From positions 1 through 63,777 of the forward strand of contig SVRA01000002.1 of the NCBI GenBank assembly GCA_015065075.1: DNA of 63,777 nt. The letters run 5' to 3'. The DNA comes from Oscillospiraceae bacterium. GTDB taxonomy: Bacteria; Bacillota; Clostridia; Oscillospirales; CAG-272. The translations under genes were made by a program, and so were the position numbers. Of this stretch, positions 47,977 to 58,332 are shown piece by piece. The notes beneath the pieces are model-generated. The model ran no database searches. It was not told the origin of the DNA and saw only the letters and a program-made list of their open reading frames with translations. Positions within the stretch are counted from its first letter, which is position 1; every line of letters starts with the position of its first letter.

Positions 47977-48117
47977 AAACATGACTATACACATTATAAA
48001 ATGAGTGCATTTTCTCGGTCATATAGTCTTTTGCTTTGTTATTAAGTCGAAAAGTGAAAATGATACAGCGTTTTAGGTGTGACGTACAACCAAAAGTAAC
48101 TCGTATAGGAGGTACAA

Positions 48118-51100
48118 ATGATGAAAAATATATCAAGGAGACTCGTAGCTGTCGTTATATGCGTGGTGCTTGCCTTGGTGTTGGCGATCTGCTTTGCTTC
48201 GTGCAAAAACAAGCCGAACAAGGATGAAGAGACCTCGGCTACCACACAGGTTGGGGGAGATATCATACCCGGCGAAGACGATACCACACCCGGCGGTGAC
48301 GATACCACACCCGGCGGTGATGATACCACACCCGGTGGTGATGATACCACACCCGGTGGTGATGATACCACACCCGGTGGTGATGATACCACACCCGGTG
48401 GCGAAGATACTACCGAGGAGACCACCTCGGATCACGAGCATATTTATGACGAGGGAACGGTTACACTTGAGCCCACGTGTGCAAACGAGGGAAAGAAGGT
48501 ATACGTTTGCTCGGTATGTCAGCGTGAAAAGACCGAAGCTATCCCGCGTCTTGAGCACGATATGGGAGAGTGGGAGCAGATTATTGCCCCCGAGCTAAAC
48601 AAGGAGGGTCTTGAGCGCAGGGAGTGCAAGAATTGCGATCATTTTGAGGAGCGCGCGATAGAAATGCTTCCTGCTAAATGGTACATAACTGTTAATGACG
48701 GCTTTGGCGGCACTTCCACTGTCAGAGTAGGAGAGAATGGAGTATATTCTCTGACTACTCCCGTCCGTGTCGGATACAATTTTATCGGCTGGAAGGACTC
48801 CAACGGTAAAGATTTCGCGGCGTCGGGAACGATAAGCTCCGACGTCACTGTTACTGCGATTTGGGAGCTTGACGCTACCGAAACGATCGAGGAGCTCGTC
48901 GAGCGCGCGGCTGCGGGCGTTGATCTGATCTACATAGCGAACGATATCGTTATAGATAGACCTATTTACGTGCCTTCTACCACGAAAATATACTCGGATA
49001 AGCCCGTAAAGCTTATAAGAGACAAGGAATATCTCGGAGACCTGTTCGTTATCGGTCAGAACGCCGAGGGCGAGAACTCTATTCTTATGAACCTTGTTCC
49101 TATGCTTATTCTCGGTAGTGAGGACTATACCGGAGATACGGTAATGCTCACCATTGACGGAAACCGCGATGGAATGAAGGATGGAACGGAGGTCGTTGGA
49201 ACTGCACTCATCTTGCTCAACGGAGCACGAGTCAATATGTATAACGGAGTGTCTATCTCTAACCACCAAAAGCTTGGTAACGAGAGAACGCTAATTCTTA
49301 ACAAGTACTTGGTCGGCTCGGCAACCTATGCAGGTGGCTCGGCGGTAATGATCAGCTCGGGCTCGTCCTTCTATATGTACGGCGGAATTATGGATAATAA
49401 CTCCGCGCGCATAGATAGTGTAGTGCTTGAAGACGGTACGTCGTCTAACCTTTCAGGGTATGGCGGAGCAGTTTATAATAACGGAACCTTCCGTATGTAC
49501 GGCGGAGCAATAACGAATTGCTCAGCAAACCGCGGCGGCGCTATATATTCCGATGCAATATTGGAGATCACGGGCGGCGTTCTTGAAGGTAACTACGCAA
49601 AGAACAAGGGTGGAGCTATCTGTAGCTCGGGCTCTGACGCAAGTGATATGTTCATTGGCGTAAAGGGTGCTGAAATTGGAACTGTGGTTATCAAGAACAA
49701 CAGCGCAGGAACTCAGGGTGGAGCAATTCTCTCCTATGCGGATAGTCCCCTGATACTTTTTGGCGGCGTTCTTTTTGAGAGCAACTCTGCTCTCGGAAAC
49801 AACGGCGGCGCGATCTCGACGTCCGGTCCTATAACCTCATACGGAAATAGCTTTGTTGGAAACAAAGCTAAATATAGCGGCGGAGCGATATATCAGTCCT
49901 ATTCAAGCTCCGAGCTTATCGTTCGTATCGTTGAGCTTCACGATACCGTATTTGAAGGAAACTCGGCAAATAAGGGTGGCGCAATTACTCTTACGTCTTC
50001 TTCGGGTACAGACGTTGGAGCTTACGGCAAGCTTGTAAATTGTAAATTTATCAATAACAGTGCGCTTCATTATCTGTCCACCAAGACTGATAGCGAAACC
50101 GGAGAAGTCAAGACCTCTGTCAACGGAGGAAACGGCGGAGCAGTTTATTCTTCTCAGCACAGTAATTTTGATATCGAGGGCTGTGAGTTTGTAGGAAACA
50201 AGTCCGAGAACCTCGGCGGCGGCGCTATCGGCGCTACTGTATCCAGTACTATAAACATCAAGGATTGTTTGTTTGAAAACAATGCTTCCGTAGACGCAGA
50301 CGGCGACGAAAACGGCAAGTCCGGTGTCGGCGGTGCTATCTACGCTTATAATGGAACAGCGTTAACTGTCAGCAATACTAAATTTATCGGAAACAGTGCT
50401 AACAAGAACGGCGGAGCGCTCTATCTGTCTGACAACAAAGTACAGCTTACAGATATAGAGCTTGTCAAAAACTCTGCGGGACTTAACGGCGGAGCTATTG
50501 CTCACTATTCGAACAACGTTCTTGATATCAAGGGCGTTTATGCCGTTGGAAATACCGCAAACGGCAGTGGCGGCGTTGTATATAACAGCAGGGCAACCTT
50601 GAATTTGATCTCCGATGAGAATACTGAAAACGTATTCGGTGCACTCGGAGCAGACGACGCCGAAAGCACAGAGCTTGCCAATACGGCAGCAAACGGCGGT
50701 GCTCTCTGCGGCGGAAACAATTCGATATTTAGTATCAACGGTGCAGTTTTTGAAAATAATGCGGCTGTTGCTACCGAGATACAGGTAAACAATGAGGAAA
50801 CCGGAGAACCGTACATAGATTACGAGGACGGAAGCGGTGGAGCTGTTTACGCTTCTTACAACACAGTTCTCGATTTCCAAAATGTGAGATTTTCTTCCAA
50901 CAGTGCTAAAAACGGCGGAGCTATCTTTGCAAATAAAGATGCTTCTATGTTGTTTGATACTTTGACGTTTGAGGACAACACCGCAAACGCAAAGGAGTTT
51001 GACAAAGATGCCAGAGGCGGTGCTATCTATATGATAGACGTAACGCTTACGGCAAATAATATTGAGTTTAAGGGCAATCATGCGGATTATTACGGCGGAG

Positions 51101-54100
51101 CTATAGACGCGCATACGGGCTCAAAGGCCACGATAAATAACGTAAGCTTCGTTGGAAACAGTGCGCTCAATAACGGCGGAGCTCTGTGGCTGTATACTAA
51201 TACCGAATTTGATATCACGGGAATATACGCCTCGGGCAATCAAAGCAATTCTTCTGGTGGATTTGTATACACAAGAGGAACGCTGAACATCCGTGACGGC
51301 GGAGATATTTCCAATGTTTTTGAGGGTGTTGCCGCAGATGCGGATAGCATCAATAATGCAAAAGGCGGTGGAGCGATCTATTGCGGAGCAAGCTCCTCTG
51401 TCAGTGTTGAAAAAGCAGAATTTAAGAACCTCAGCGCATCCAACGGCGGCGCAATATATGTTACGGGTGAATTGACTGCAACCGACTGTAATTTCTCGAA
51501 CAATGACGCCGCAAACGGTGGAGCGGTCTATATAGAAAGAACCGCCTACCTTGCAAACTGTACCTTTACAAATAATACAGCAAACGCCAAAGGAGGAGCT
51601 GTTTACGTTGCTTATGATGCAGACTATAAGAATGAGCTCAAGGCAACGGTAGAAAACTCCAAATTCGTTTCCAACAATGCGACCGAGGGCGGAACAAACG
51701 AAGAAAGACGCGGCGGAGCTATTTATATCGGAGAGTATTGCATAGTTAACGTGTCGGGATCCGAATTTGAGGATAATCACGCAACTCAGTATGGCGGAGC
51801 CATCAGTGCTGCAAGAGGAGCGGAGCTTAATATCAGCAGCTCTAAGATCAAGGGAAGCAGTGCTAAAAACGGCGGAGCTATCTGGCTTTATGCAGGAACA
51901 ACTCTTAATATCTCGGATAGTGAGCTTTCAAATAATGCAGCTCAAAAAGAGGGCGGAGCTCTGTATTCCTATAATACTATCAATGCTTCGGGCACTATGT
52001 TCACCGAAAACACCGCAAATGTCGGTGGTGCTATAACGGTAGCAAGCGGAACGACCACAACTGTTGGTTGTGCCTTTGACTCCAATAAGGCGACGAGCGG
52101 CGGTGCAGTCTATGTTTCAAACGGAGTTTATTTCGATGGAACCGAGGGTGTTTCCGAGAGCGGATCTGCCTTTACTGCTAACTCCGCAAGCTACAGAGGC
52201 GGTGCAGTCTATATCGTTAATGCAGATGAGCAGACAGGAGAAAATAAGGCGGTCTTCAATTACTCGGTATTCAAGTCCAATACTGCAACCGAGGGCGGAG
52301 AAGACGCAAAACGCCGCGGCGGAGCGATCTCTATTGCAGAGTACGTCACGGTAACCGTAAATAATTCTCTGTTCCATGAAAACGCAGCGACCCAGTATGG
52401 AGGAGCCGTTAACGTAGCAAGAGGTTCCGTACTCTACGTAAACGATTCCGAGTTCTATAAGAACACTGCTAATTATAACGGCGGCGCTATCTGGCTGTAT
52501 TCTGGTACTACACTTGAGCTTTCGGGTGGTGAGTTTAACGAAAACGCTGTAAACACTAATGGCGGAGCATTGTATTCTTATAGCACGGTAACCGTTTCAA
52601 ATGCGAAGTTTAATAAGAACGCCGCGGAAAACGGCGGAGCTATCTGTGTTGCAGGAGGAGAGACTGCTATCTCCGAGTGCGCGTTTGATTCTAATACAGC
52701 AACGCTTGGCGGAGCCGTATACGTCGGAGAAGGAGCAAGCTTCCTTGACGGCATTGATACGAGTGACATTGTAAAGACCGGATCCGTATATAACGGCAAT
52801 ACCGCGGAATACGGCGGAGCGATCTATCTTGCAGCTGTAGAGGATCCCGAGAAAACACCTGACAGAGAGGCGGCTAAGGCAACTCTTGAGGAAAGCGAAT
52901 TTACTGGAAACACGGGAACAAAATACGGCGGAGCAATATATGCAAGCGCAGGTGTTGCTTTAAATACCGACAGCGTAAGCTTTAATGACAACAGCGCGTC
53001 CAACGGCGGCGCTATAAGCGTAGCAAGCAGCAGCTGTGTATACGTTGATAACGGCTCGCAGTTTGTCGGAAACGTTGCTACCGATGGCGAGGGCGGAGCT
53101 ATTCATTCTAAGGGCTCGCTTGAACTGACGAGCTCCAAGTTTATTGGAAACAAGACCGAAGCGGAGAGCAAGCGAGGCGGAGCGATATATCTTACTTCGG
53201 GATATATCAATGCCGAGGGAGTTATCTTTGAAAACAACTATGCCGCAAATAACGGCGGAGCAATAGTTATGACAAGTGCTCAAAGTGCAAGCTTCGATAA
53301 TTGTACTTTTGAGAACAACGTTTCGGGCTACAGAGGCGGTGCGATCTATATTACCGGTACCACCGACGTAAAGACTACGGCTTGTAAGTTCGAAGGAAAC
53401 GAAGCAGTCAACCGTGGCGGAGCGGTATATCTTACCACCTCAGGCGGATTTGTTGACGGTGAAATCTCTGTTGCAGATAGTAATTCTACGTTTATTGGCA
53501 ATAAATCTCTCGTTGGCGGTGCTATCTTTGTTGACAAAACCGCAACGCTTAACGGAACCGTCTTTGAAAATAACACGGCGGCTTCGGCAGAATCGGGAAC
53601 GAGCGCAAACGGCGGAGCAATCGCGGGCGAATACGGAACGGTAACGCTCAATGGAGTAAGCATCAACCGCAATACTGCGGATAATGGTGGAGCTATCTTT
53701 GATGGCAAGCGCCTTGCACTTGTTATTAACGGAGCAAATATTACCGAAAACAGTAGCGGTATCGTGATCTCGGGCGGCTCTGTCTCGGTAAGCGGAAATG
53801 TTATAATTAAAGATAATACCTCTTATGACGTATCCCTTTCGGAAGGCAAGCTTATAACGGTTGCAGACGTACTTGATCAGACATCAAGGATCGGATTTAG
53901 CGCGGTTGGTAACATTGGAGAGTTCGTAACAGCAGACGGATCAAACGTTACTGACGTTACACAGTATGCTGACATATTCTTCAACAACGACGGATATCCC
54001 GTATTCGTTAATAGCGAAGGAAAGCTTGTTTACGGATTCGTGATCTTTGAACAGCCCGTGCGCATGAACGGATATACCGTAATCACGTCGGGACAGCCCA

Positions 54101-57100
54101 CCTCGTACACCTGGTACACGTGGGTAGACGGTGCGAAGGGCGAGATCGTAGAGGGTCAGACCACGGCTACCCTTACAGGCGGAATGGCAGGTCAAAGCTA
54201 CGTATGTGTTATTGCGCTTGGCGACAAGACGGTTGAGACCCTGCCCGTTACCGTCAAGGCGGAGATCCCTTCCCAGAATCATTCTATCTGCGGAAGCATA
54301 TGCGATTGCACGGATACGACCCACGAAGAGCTCGTATGGAATGCAGTATCCGATCTTGGTGAGCTTATCTACGCCGCAGCCAAAGGAGGAAACTACTATC
54401 TTACCGAAGACATCATTGTCGATGCAACGGTTAAGATAACCGCAAACGTAAATCTCTGCCTTAACGGTAAAAAGATTTCTCGTGCAGGCGATGAAGCGTT
54501 CAGAATGCTTGAGGTCGCGGCAGGAGTGACTCTTACTCTTACCGACTGTACGAGTGAGGAACGTGTGGGATATATCGATTCTACCACGGGGCTGTGGACC
54601 GAGGGTGTATATTCGGGAGAGGAAACAGTAACCGAATACAAGCTTTACGGCGGCCTTATCACAAATGGCACGGGTGCAGGCGGTGCCGCAATATATCTTG
54701 ACGGCGGAACGCTTAACGCCTATGGAATAAACTTCGCGGGCAATACTACCGCAAATAGCGGAAGCGCGGTATGTGGAAGCGGAACTTATAATGATGTAGG
54801 ATCTGTCTTCGTAGGAAATGCTGCAAGCGGTCAGGCGGGTGCCGTACAGATCGACGGAGATATTACCCTTAAATACACGCAATTTATAAGCAATAAGTCT
54901 ACAGGCAACCGAGCAGGAGCACTTTTGATCACGGTCGGTAGAGCAAATGCATACGGAGTAGTCTTTAAGAACAACATTGCAAGCACAAACGGCGGTGCGG
55001 TCGTTGTTACGGGCGCAGAGATCTGCATTTTTGATAACTGTACCTTTGAAGGAAACGTTTCGGGTGGCAGAGCAGGTGCAATATATGCGCATAAGACGGA
55101 ACTCATAACCACGCTGTCTTGCACGTTTACTGATAACGAGGGTGTAGACGGCGGTGCTATCTACAACACGAGTACGGCTGCATACGTTGACGGATCCGTA
55201 GATGATAAGACGAAGGGCTCGACCTTTACCGCTAATAGCGCGACAAACGGCGGAGCAGTATATACTGCCGGCTCGGTGATCCTTTACGGAACAAAATTCG
55301 AAGGCAATTCCTCGACAAGCGGCGGCGCAATCTACGTTAACGGTAAGCTTGAAACTAACGATTGCCTCTTTAACGGAAATGAAGCATATTACAGAGGCGG
55401 AGCGGTATATATCGTTGCCGATGATGCGCAGACAGGAGAGAATAAGGCAGTCTTTAACAATTCTACCTTCACCTCGAACAGAGCTACCGCGGGAGGAACC
55501 GACGAAAAGAGAAGAGGCGGTGCTATCTACGTAGCAGAGAAGGTCACGGTAGCAGTAAACGGCTGTACCTTTACCGATAACGCGGCAACACAGTACGGCG
55601 GCGCGATCGACGTTGCAAACACCTCGATTCTTAACGTGACCGAGTCCGATTTCATAGGAAACAGTGCTCAGAACGGCGGAGCTATCTGGCTCTATTCCAA
55701 CACGGTGCTCAGCGTTTCGGGCGGTGAATTCAAGGACAACGTTGCTTCCTCTTACGGCGGCGCGATCTATTCCTATAATACCGTGACTGTAACCGATGTG
55801 ACCTTTACAGGTAACGTTGCAGCTGCGGGCGGAGCACTCTATGTTGCAGGCGGAGCGACCTCTACGAAGAATTGTACCTTCAGCGGCAACACCGCAACAA
55901 CAGGCGGAGCAGTATGCGTCGCAAAGGGATCGTATACCGACGGCGAGCTTGTTCTTGACGGCGAAACCGTAATCGACACTGCCAACGGTTCTGAATTTAT
56001 AGGTAATATTGCAGAAAACGGAGGCGCTATCTACGTATCGGGCGGTACTGCAAACGCGTACGGATCTACCTTTACCGAAAACTCGGCCAAGGTAGACGTA
56101 GCGGAAACTACCGATTCTGAAAGCGGCGCGGCTACATCCGTTAAGACCTATCTTGGCAACGGCGGAGCAATATACGTTGCGAGCGGTGCTGCTTATAATG
56201 ACAGAAACGCAAGCTACAACGGCAACATCGCAGCTCTCGGCGGAGCGATCTATACTGTGGGAGGAACTGTCAATTCGACAGACAGCACCTTCACAGAAAA
56301 CGCGGCTATTACAAGTGAAACTACAGTGACTGCGAACGAGACGACCGAAACCACCGTGGTTTACGGCAAGGGCGGAGCTGTCTATGTTGCAGAGAACGGC
56401 GTATTCAACTACACTGCAACAGAGAAGCTTACCTTTACGAACGGCGTTGCAAATGATTACACAGGACCTAAATTTGATGGCAACCTTGCGGCAAACGGCG
56501 CGGCGATCTATATTGCGTCGGCAGAGACTGAGGGCGCATCTGCGGGAACGGCAACTGCTATCGGCGCGACAATCATGAATCATAATGCCACCGGTAACGG
56601 CGGAGCAATTTATGCAAACGGTGTATTGAACACCGAGGGATCGGTTATATATAAGAACTCGACCCAGGGTAATGGCGGAGCGATATACGCAAATAAGCCC
56701 TACACTGACAACGGCTCTCTCTTTGTGGAGAATACAGCAAGCGGTGAGGGAGGTGCGATTCGTGCAGGAACTAACGTCACCATTGAGAATACCAAGTTTA
56801 TCCGTAATAAGTCTACGGGCAACCGTGCAGGAGCGCTTTTGGTAACAAGTGGTTCGTTGAATGCAAAGAAAGTAACCTTTGAATATAACGACGCTTACAA
56901 GGCGGGTGGCGCAGTTGTGTTAACTGCTGCTAAGGCATCTGTATTTGAAGAATGTATCTTCAATAATAATATCGATCAAACCTATAGAGGCGGTGCTATC
57001 TATATGCACAATTCCGAGCTTGTTACTACTTTGTCCTGTACATTTACAGGTAATAGTGGCAAATACGGTGGTGCGATCTACGGAACAAACTCTGCTACCT

Positions 57101-58311
57101 ATACCGACGGAAGCGCGGATGGTAACTACGGATCTGCATTTACAGGAAACACCTCTCAGACCGCAGGCGGCGCGATCTATATTCTCGGCGAATGTCATCT
57201 TTACGGCACCACTTTCAATAATAATACCGCAACAACCAACGGCGGCGCGATCTACACAAGTACTACTAATACGATCAGCAACGCTACGTTTAACCAGAAC
57301 GGTGCCGTTCTGGGCGGAGCGATCTACGTTGCCGGCGGGGCAACCTCGACAAAGGATTGTTCCTTCAGCGGCAACACCGCAACAAACGGCGGCGCAGTAT
57401 ACGTAGCAAAGGGAACGTATACCGACGGCGAGGCGATCCTTACCGGCGAGAGCGTAACAGGTGCAGAGAACGGTTCTACGTTCAGCAACAACAGTTCTAC
57501 CGGAACCGAGCTTGGCGGCGGAGCGATCTATACCGCAACCGGTGCCGTGCTTCAGGGTTCCAAGTTTGAGAATAACATCTCGGCGCTTAACGGCGGTGCG
57601 GTATACTCAACAGGTGATCTGACAACTTATTATGCAAATTTCACTAAAAATGAGACTGTGGGCAGTGGCGGAGCGATATACATTATCGGAGATGCCGAGC
57701 TTGTTGTTGTAGGCGGTACTATGAAGGAAAACAAGACCGGAAGCTCAAAGAGTGGCGGAGCGATCGCAGCCTTTGAAAATGAAAGTAAGGCAAGCCCCAC
57801 TTGTTACATCAGTGGAACTACATTTAACGGCAACTCCTCGTATAGTGGTGGAGCGATATGCCTCCGCAATACGGGCACCACAAAAACCGAGCACGTACTT
57901 GAAAACATAACGCTGACTAATAACAACGGCGGAAACGGTACTGTTTACATTTATAACAACACTAAGGTTACGGTAAGCGGACTGGTTGCAACAAACAACA
58001 CTGCAAGCCAAAGAGGTTCGGTATTCTACGTTACCTCGTCTAATGCCCCCTCACTTATTCTTAAGGATGCACAAGTGTCCGGAAACGTTGTTAAATCTGC
58101 AATTGATATAATTCATATTGCAAATAAGTCAGCGGTTGTTGACGTGTATATGGATAAAATAAGCGGAGATGACTTTATTGCGGCGGGTATTACCGATACT
58201 ACCAATATTGCCGCAGCAGGTTGGGATAAGCTTATAAACAATGCAAGCAACGGAACAGTTACAGGATACACCACTCCCGTCGATTACGGGAGCGGCGTAT
58301 CCGCAGAATAA
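48118..58311 (+). CDS. 3,397-aa surface lipoprotein made of Pmp-type (GGAI / FxxN) parallel beta-helix repeats
   Basis: AGGAGG RBS, signal peptide and lipobox FAS|C29. Then follow a 7x GGDDTTP linker, a Cys cluster, a Listeria-Bacteroides repeat (GYNFIGWKDSNGKDF) and dozens of GGA[IVL]Y...N..A units. Confidence 0.85.
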   Translation: MMKNISRRLVAVVICVVLALVLAICFASCKNKPNKDEETSATTQVGGDIIPGEDDTTPGGDDTTPGGDDTTPGGDDTTPGGDDTTPGGDDTTPGGEDTTEETTSDHEHIYDEGTVTLEPTCANEGKKVYVCSVCQREKTEAIPRLEHDMGEWEQIIAPELNKEGLERRECKNCDHFEERAIEMLPAKWYITVNDGFGGTSTVRVGENGVYSLTTPVRVGYNFIGWKDSNGKDFAASGTISSDVTVTAIWELDATETIEELVERAAAGVDLIYIANDIVIDRPIYVPSTTKIYSDKPVKLIRDKEYLGDLFVIGQNAEGENSILMNLVPMLILGSEDYTGDTVMLTIDGNRDGMKDGTEVVGTALILLNGARVNMYNGVSISNHQKLGNERTLILNKYLVGSATYAGGSAVMISSGSSFYMYGGIMDNNSARIDSVVLEDGTSSNLSGYGGAVYNNGTFRMYGGAITNCSANRGGAIYSDAILEITGGVLEGNYAKNKGGAICSSGSDASDMFIGVKGAEIGTVVIKNNSAGTQGGAILSYADSPLILFGGVLFESNSALGNNGGAISTSGPITSYGNSFVGNKAKYSGGAIYQSYSSSELIVRIVELHDTVFEGNSANKGGAITLTSSSGTDVGAYGKLVNCKFINNSALHYLSTKTDSETGEVKTSVNGGNGGAVYSSQHSNFDIEGCEFVGNKSENLGGGAIGATVSSTINIKDCLFENNASVDADGDENGKSGVGGAIYAYNGTALTVSNTKFIGNSANKNGGALYLSDNKVQLTDIELVKNSAGLNGGAIAHYSNNVLDIKGVYAVGNTANGSGGVVYNSRATLNLISDENTENVFGALGADDAESTELANTAANGGALCGGNNSIFSINGAVFENNAAVATEIQVNNEETGEPYIDYEDGSGGAVYASYNTVLDFQNVRFSSNSAKNGGAIFANKDASMLFDTLTFEDNTANAKEFDKDARGGAIYMIDVTLTANNIEFKGNHADYYGGAIDAHTGSKATINNVSFVGNSALNNGGALWLYTNTEFDITGIYASGNQSNSSGGFVYTRGTLNIRDGGDISNVFEGVAADADSINNAKGGGAIYCGASSSVSVEKAEFKNLSASNGGAIYVTGELTATDCNFSNNDAANGGAVYIERTAYLANCTFTNNTANAKGGAVYVAYDADYKNELKATVENSKFVSNNATEGGTNEERRGGAIYIGEYCIVNVSGSEFEDNHATQYGGAISAARGAELNISSSKIKGSSAKNGGAIWLYAGTTLNISDSELSNNAAQKEGGALYSYNTINASGTMFTENTANVGGAITVASGTTTTVGCAFDSNKATSGGAVYVSNGVYFDGTEGVSESGSAFTANSASYRGGAVYIVNADEQTGENKAVFNYSVFKSNTATEGGEDAKRRGGAISIAEYVTVTVNNSLFHENAATQYGGAVNVARGSVLYVNDSEFYKNTANYNGGAIWLYSGTTLELSGGEFNENAVNTNGGALYSYSTVTVSNAKFNKNAAENGGAICVAGGETAISECAFDSNTATLGGAVYVGEGASFLDGIDTSDIVKTGSVYNGNTAEYGGAIYLAAVEDPEKTPDREAAKATLEESEFTGNTGTKYGGAIYASAGVALNTDSVSFNDNSASNGGAISVASSSCVYVDNGSQFVGNVATDGEGGAIHSKGSLELTSSKFIGNKTEAESKRGGAIYLTSGYINAEGVIFENNYAANNGGAIVMTSAQSASFDNCTFENNVSGYRGGAIYITGTTDVKTTACKFEGNEAVNRGGAVYLTTSGGFVDGEISVADSNSTFIGNKSLVGGAIFVDKTATLNGTVFENNTAASAESGTSANGGAIAGEYGTVTLNGVSINRNTADNGGAIFDGKRLALVINGANITENSSGIVISGGSVSVSGNVIIKDNTSYDVSLSEGKLITVADVLDQTSRIGFSAVGNIGEFVTADGSNVTDVTQYADIFFNNDGYPVFVNSEGKLVYGFVIFEQPVRMNGYTVITSGQPTSYTWYTWVDGAKGEIVEGQTTATLTGGMAGQSYVCVIALGDKTVETLPVTVKAEIPSQNHSICGSICDCTDTTHEELVWNAVSDLGELIYAAAKGGNYYLTEDIIVDATVKITANVNLCLNGKKISRAGDEAFRMLEVAAGVTLTLTDCTSEERVGYIDSTTGLWTEGVYSGEETVTEYKLYGGLITNGTGAGGAAIYLDGGTLNAYGINFAGNTTANSGSAVCGSGTYNDVGSVFVGNAASGQAGAVQIDGDITLKYTQFISNKSTGNRAGALLITVGRANAYGVVFKNNIASTNGGAVVVTGAEICIFDNCTFEGNVSGGRAGAIYAHKTELITTLSCTFTDNEGVDGGAIYNTSTAAYVDGSVDDKTKGSTFTANSATNGGAVYTAGSVILYGTKFEGNSSTSGGAIYVNGKLETNDCLFNGNEAYYRGGAVYIVADDAQTGENKAVFNNSTFTSNRATAGGTDEKRRGGAIYVAEKVTVAVNGCTFTDNAATQYGGAIDVANTSILNVTESDFIGNSAQNGGAIWLYSNTVLSVSGGEFKDNVASSYGGAIYSYNTVTVTDVTFTGNVAAAGGALYVAGGATSTKNCTFSGNTATTGGAVCVAKGSYTDGELVLDGETVIDTANGSEFIGNIAENGGAIYVSGGTANAYGSTFTENSAKVDVAETTDSESGAATSVKTYLGNGGAIYVASGAAYNDRNASYNGNIAALGGAIYTVGGTVNSTDSTFTENAAITSETTVTANETTETTVVYGKGGAVYVAENGVFNYTATEKLTFTNGVANDYTGPKFDGNLAANGAAIYIASAETEGASAGTATAIGATIMNHNATGNGGAIYANGVLNTEGSVIYKNSTQGNGGAIYANKPYTDNGSLFVENTASGEGGAIRAGTNVTIENTKFIRNKSTGNRAGALLVTSGSLNAKKVTFEYNDAYKAGGAVVLTAAKASVFEECIFNNNIDQTYRGGAIYMHNSELVTTLSCTFTGNSGKYGGAIYGTNSATYTDGSADGNYGSAFTGNTSQTAGGAIYILGECHLYGTTFNNNTATTNGGAIYTSTTNTISNATFNQNGAVLGGAIYVAGGATSTKDCSFSGNTATNGGAVYVAKGTYTDGEAILTGESVTGAENGSTFSNNSSTGTELGGGAIYTATGAVLQGSKFENNISALNGGAVYSTGDLTTYYANFTKNETVGSGGAIYIIGDAELVVVGGTMKENKTGSSKSGGAIAAFENESKASPTCYISGTTFNGNSSYSGGAICLRNTGTTKTEHVLENITLTNNNGGNGTVYIYNNTKVTVSGLVATNNTASQRGSVFYVTSSNAPSLILKDAQVSGNVVKSAIDIIHIANKSAVVDVYMDKISGDDFIAAGITDTTNIAAAGWDKLINNASNGTVTGYTTPVDYGSGVSAE
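48268..48414 (+). repeat. in-frame 21-bp tandem repeat x7 (PGG[DE]DTT)
   Basis: CCCGGYGGTGAYGATACCACA units are read directly from the DNA. Confidence 0.95.
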
Positions 58312-58332
58312 TGACAAGGAAGGAGAATTAAT

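Noticed and set aside
53941-56583. An 880-aa ORF antisense to the giant gene. Similar very long antisense ORFs lie at 28510-30639 (709 aa), 44441-46810 (789 aa), 34568-36379 (603 aa) and 58609-59850 (413 aa).
   Set aside because: Every one lies in the codon-aligned antisense frame of a well-supported sense gene (same coordinate modulo 3). Its stop codons would correspond to sense TTA, CTA or TCA codons, which this genome evidently avoids. The translations are Cys/Arg/Ser-rich low complexity with no RBS or promoter. These are shadow ORFs, not genes.
48118-58311. A diversity-generating retroelement or a phase-variable switch acting on the giant gene.
   Set aside because: There is no reverse transcriptase, no template-repeat/variable-repeat pair with adenine-specific differences, no homopolymer tract at the 5' end and no inverted repeats around the promoter. 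Only in-frame 21-bp repeats are present, and these are reported separately.
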